A program made the translations under genes and the position numbers. A model generated the notes under the pieces. That model did no database searches and was not told where the DNA came from. It was given only the letters and a program-made list of their open reading frames with translations. This document shows positions 62,591 through 64,000 of a stretch of 64,000 bases of DNA, piece by piece. Each line of letters begins with the position of its first letter. The first letter of the stretch is position 1. The DNA is from Bacillota bacterium (GTDB taxonomy: Bacteria; Bacillota; Dethiobacteria; DTU022; UBA8154), in NCBI GenBank assembly GCA_030656575.1, contig JAUSPO010000030.1, positions 63,298 through 127,297 of the forward strand, given 5' to 3'.

Positions 62591-63319
62591 ATGCAGGAAA
62601 AAGAAAATGAAGGTTTTGCAAAGCCAATCATAAAAAAAGAGCTCATTGTCAGCCTGCCCGGCAGGGAGTTAACGTTTCATATTGCCGCAGATATTGAAGC
62701 CCTCATTACCGATGTTAATGACGAGGATAAGGTTCCCTGTTGGGCTGATGTATGGCCGGCGTCTTACGGGATGGCTTATTTTATCTGGGATACTGTTGAT
62801 TTTAGCCCTGGGGAGAAAGTGCTGGAATTGGGGGCCGGGATGGGCCTTCCGGGAATAGTATCCGCCCTCAAGGGAGCAAAGCTTACTCTTTCCGATTTCA
62901 ATCCCACGGCTCTGGAGATGGCCGGACAAAATGCCCGTCTAAATGGTATTGAAGCAGTCCTCCTGCAGGAGGACTGGAGAGTGTTTGCCTCTAAGGAGAA
63001 ATATGATTATATTTTAGCTTCCGATATTTGTTATGATCCAAAGCTAAACTATTTTTTAGGGAAGATCTTTTTAAATAATTTAAAGCCTGGGGGAAAAGTG
63101 ATAATTTCCCATCACGATCGCAAAGCGACTAAAATGTTTATAAAAGAGTGGTTTGAACAAAATAGCGTTAATTTTCAACAAGAAACATATATGCGGCAAG
63201 TTGTACTGGCAGATGCACTTCTTCCCCGCTACGATATCGTTATTAATATCTTACAGTCCTCCCCGGCGAAGAGAGTACGGAGAGAAGCCTCTATGGTTAA
63301 GCAGTTTAATACTATGTAG
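62591..63319 (+). CDS. class I SAM-dependent methyltransferase (protein-lysine MTase-like)
   Basis: VLELGAGMGLPGI motif I and LSDFN. Confidence 0.65.
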   Translation: MQEKENEGFAKPIIKKELIVSLPGRELTFHIAADIEALITDVNDEDKVPCWADVWPASYGMAYFIWDTVDFSPGEKVLELGAGMGLPGIVSALKGAKLTLSDFNPTALEMAGQNARLNGIEAVLLQEDWRVFASKEKYDYILASDICYDPKLNYFLGKIFLNNLKPGGKVIISHHDRKATKMFIKEWFEQNSVNFQQETYMRQVVLADALLPRYDIVINILQSSPAKRVRREASMVKQFNTM

Positions 63320-63587
63320 GACAGCGCTTTTCCATAAGGCACTGTCTCCTTCGCTTCCCCGAATTCATCCCATCACTGTAAGCTAATCCGCTATGCATGG
63401 AGGAACATAAAGGTGTAAGGGCGTAGTAATCTTCTGTTATTTCCCTTCGTTTTTCTTTCAGGAGTGATTCCCAGAAACATTGTGTTATTTCTTCATCCTG
63501 CCGAGCTTTTAGCATATATTCCAGAAAATCTATTGTTAACTGCACTGGTTCTGCCGTTTCGATTCTTCTTTTTATCAAAGGTTCCAA
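63312..63587 (-). CDS. hypothetical protein (weak)
   Basis: 91-aa ORF only; no motif found. Confidence 0.2.
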   Translation of the reverse strand: MEPLIKRRIETAEPVQLTIDFLEYMLKARQDEEITQCFWESLLKEKRREITEDYYALTPLCSSMHSGLAYSDGMNSGKRRRQCLMEKRCPT

Positions 63588-63789
63588 ATGTGCTGCCTCC
63601 TATTCTGTTAGAGATTGGGGTTCAATGTTTGTTGAGAACGTTTGTTGACAAGGTTCTTTTTTCACTGTAAGCTAATAATAAAAAGCAGTTGTGATATTTT
63701 AACGATTCGTGGGTTATTCTGAATCCTTACTTATGAATACTTGCTTACTTATAATCTCTACTTTATTTTGTGCGAAAGAGGAGAAAGAT

Positions 63790-64000
63790 ATGAAATATAA
63801 ATTATTGGCCCTTGATCTGGATGATACTCTCTTAAATGAGAATTTTAAAATCTCTGCACGAAATATTAAGGCTATCAGGGCAGTTGTGCAAAGAGGGATG
63901 AAGGTAACAATTGCCACCGGTCGTATGTTTCATTCCACTCTCCCTTATGCCAGAGAGTTGGAAGTGGACCTACCTCTTATTACGTACCACGGTGCACTCA
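63790..64000 (+). CDS. Cof-type HAD-IIB phosphatase, 5' portion; gene continues beyond the window end
   Basis: MKYKLLALDLDDTLLNEN...TIATGRMFHS (HAD motifs I and II). Confidence 0.6.
   Translation, partial: MKYKLLALDLDDTLLNENFKISARNIKAIRAVVQRGMKVTIATGRMFHSTLPYARELEVDLPLITYHGAL

Overview
The window is a 64-kb chromosomal segment that looks like a spore-forming Firmicutes/Clostridia genome. This rests on the B. subtilis-like synteny csfB(gin)-yaaO-tmk-holB-yaaT(ricT)-rsmI-abrB-metG-tatD-yabE, plus LysM/CAP/DUF3794 sporulation-type proteins and RF2 with a programmed frameshift. Most of the window is core housekeeping: guaB, secA, prfB, uvrABC, ftsEX, ctpA, ilvC, split transketolase, hisD/hisB, hpf and csp. 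The most striking non-coding structure is a roughly 1.9-kb group II intron with an endonuclease-less reverse transcriptase/maturase. It is inserted immediately 3' of a hairpin inside a roughly 130-bp palindromic repeat element. An intron-free copy of the same element occurs at 55.6 kb in inverted orientation, which gives base-exact intron boundaries. Two further degenerate copies of the hairpin lie near 3.2 kb and 32.2 kb. Other notable features: a tandem pair of highly repetitive DUF3794 (SipL/SpoVID-like) genes with a shared promoter-like motif, one carrying two C-terminal LysM domains; a gene-decay island at 42.6-44.5 kb with at least three pseudogene fragments; a frameshifted membrane-anchored Fn3 pseudogene; and several short conserved intergenic motifs. 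No CRISPR array, rRNA or tRNA was recognised. All calls come from reading the ORF translations and the sequence by eye, with no database searches.
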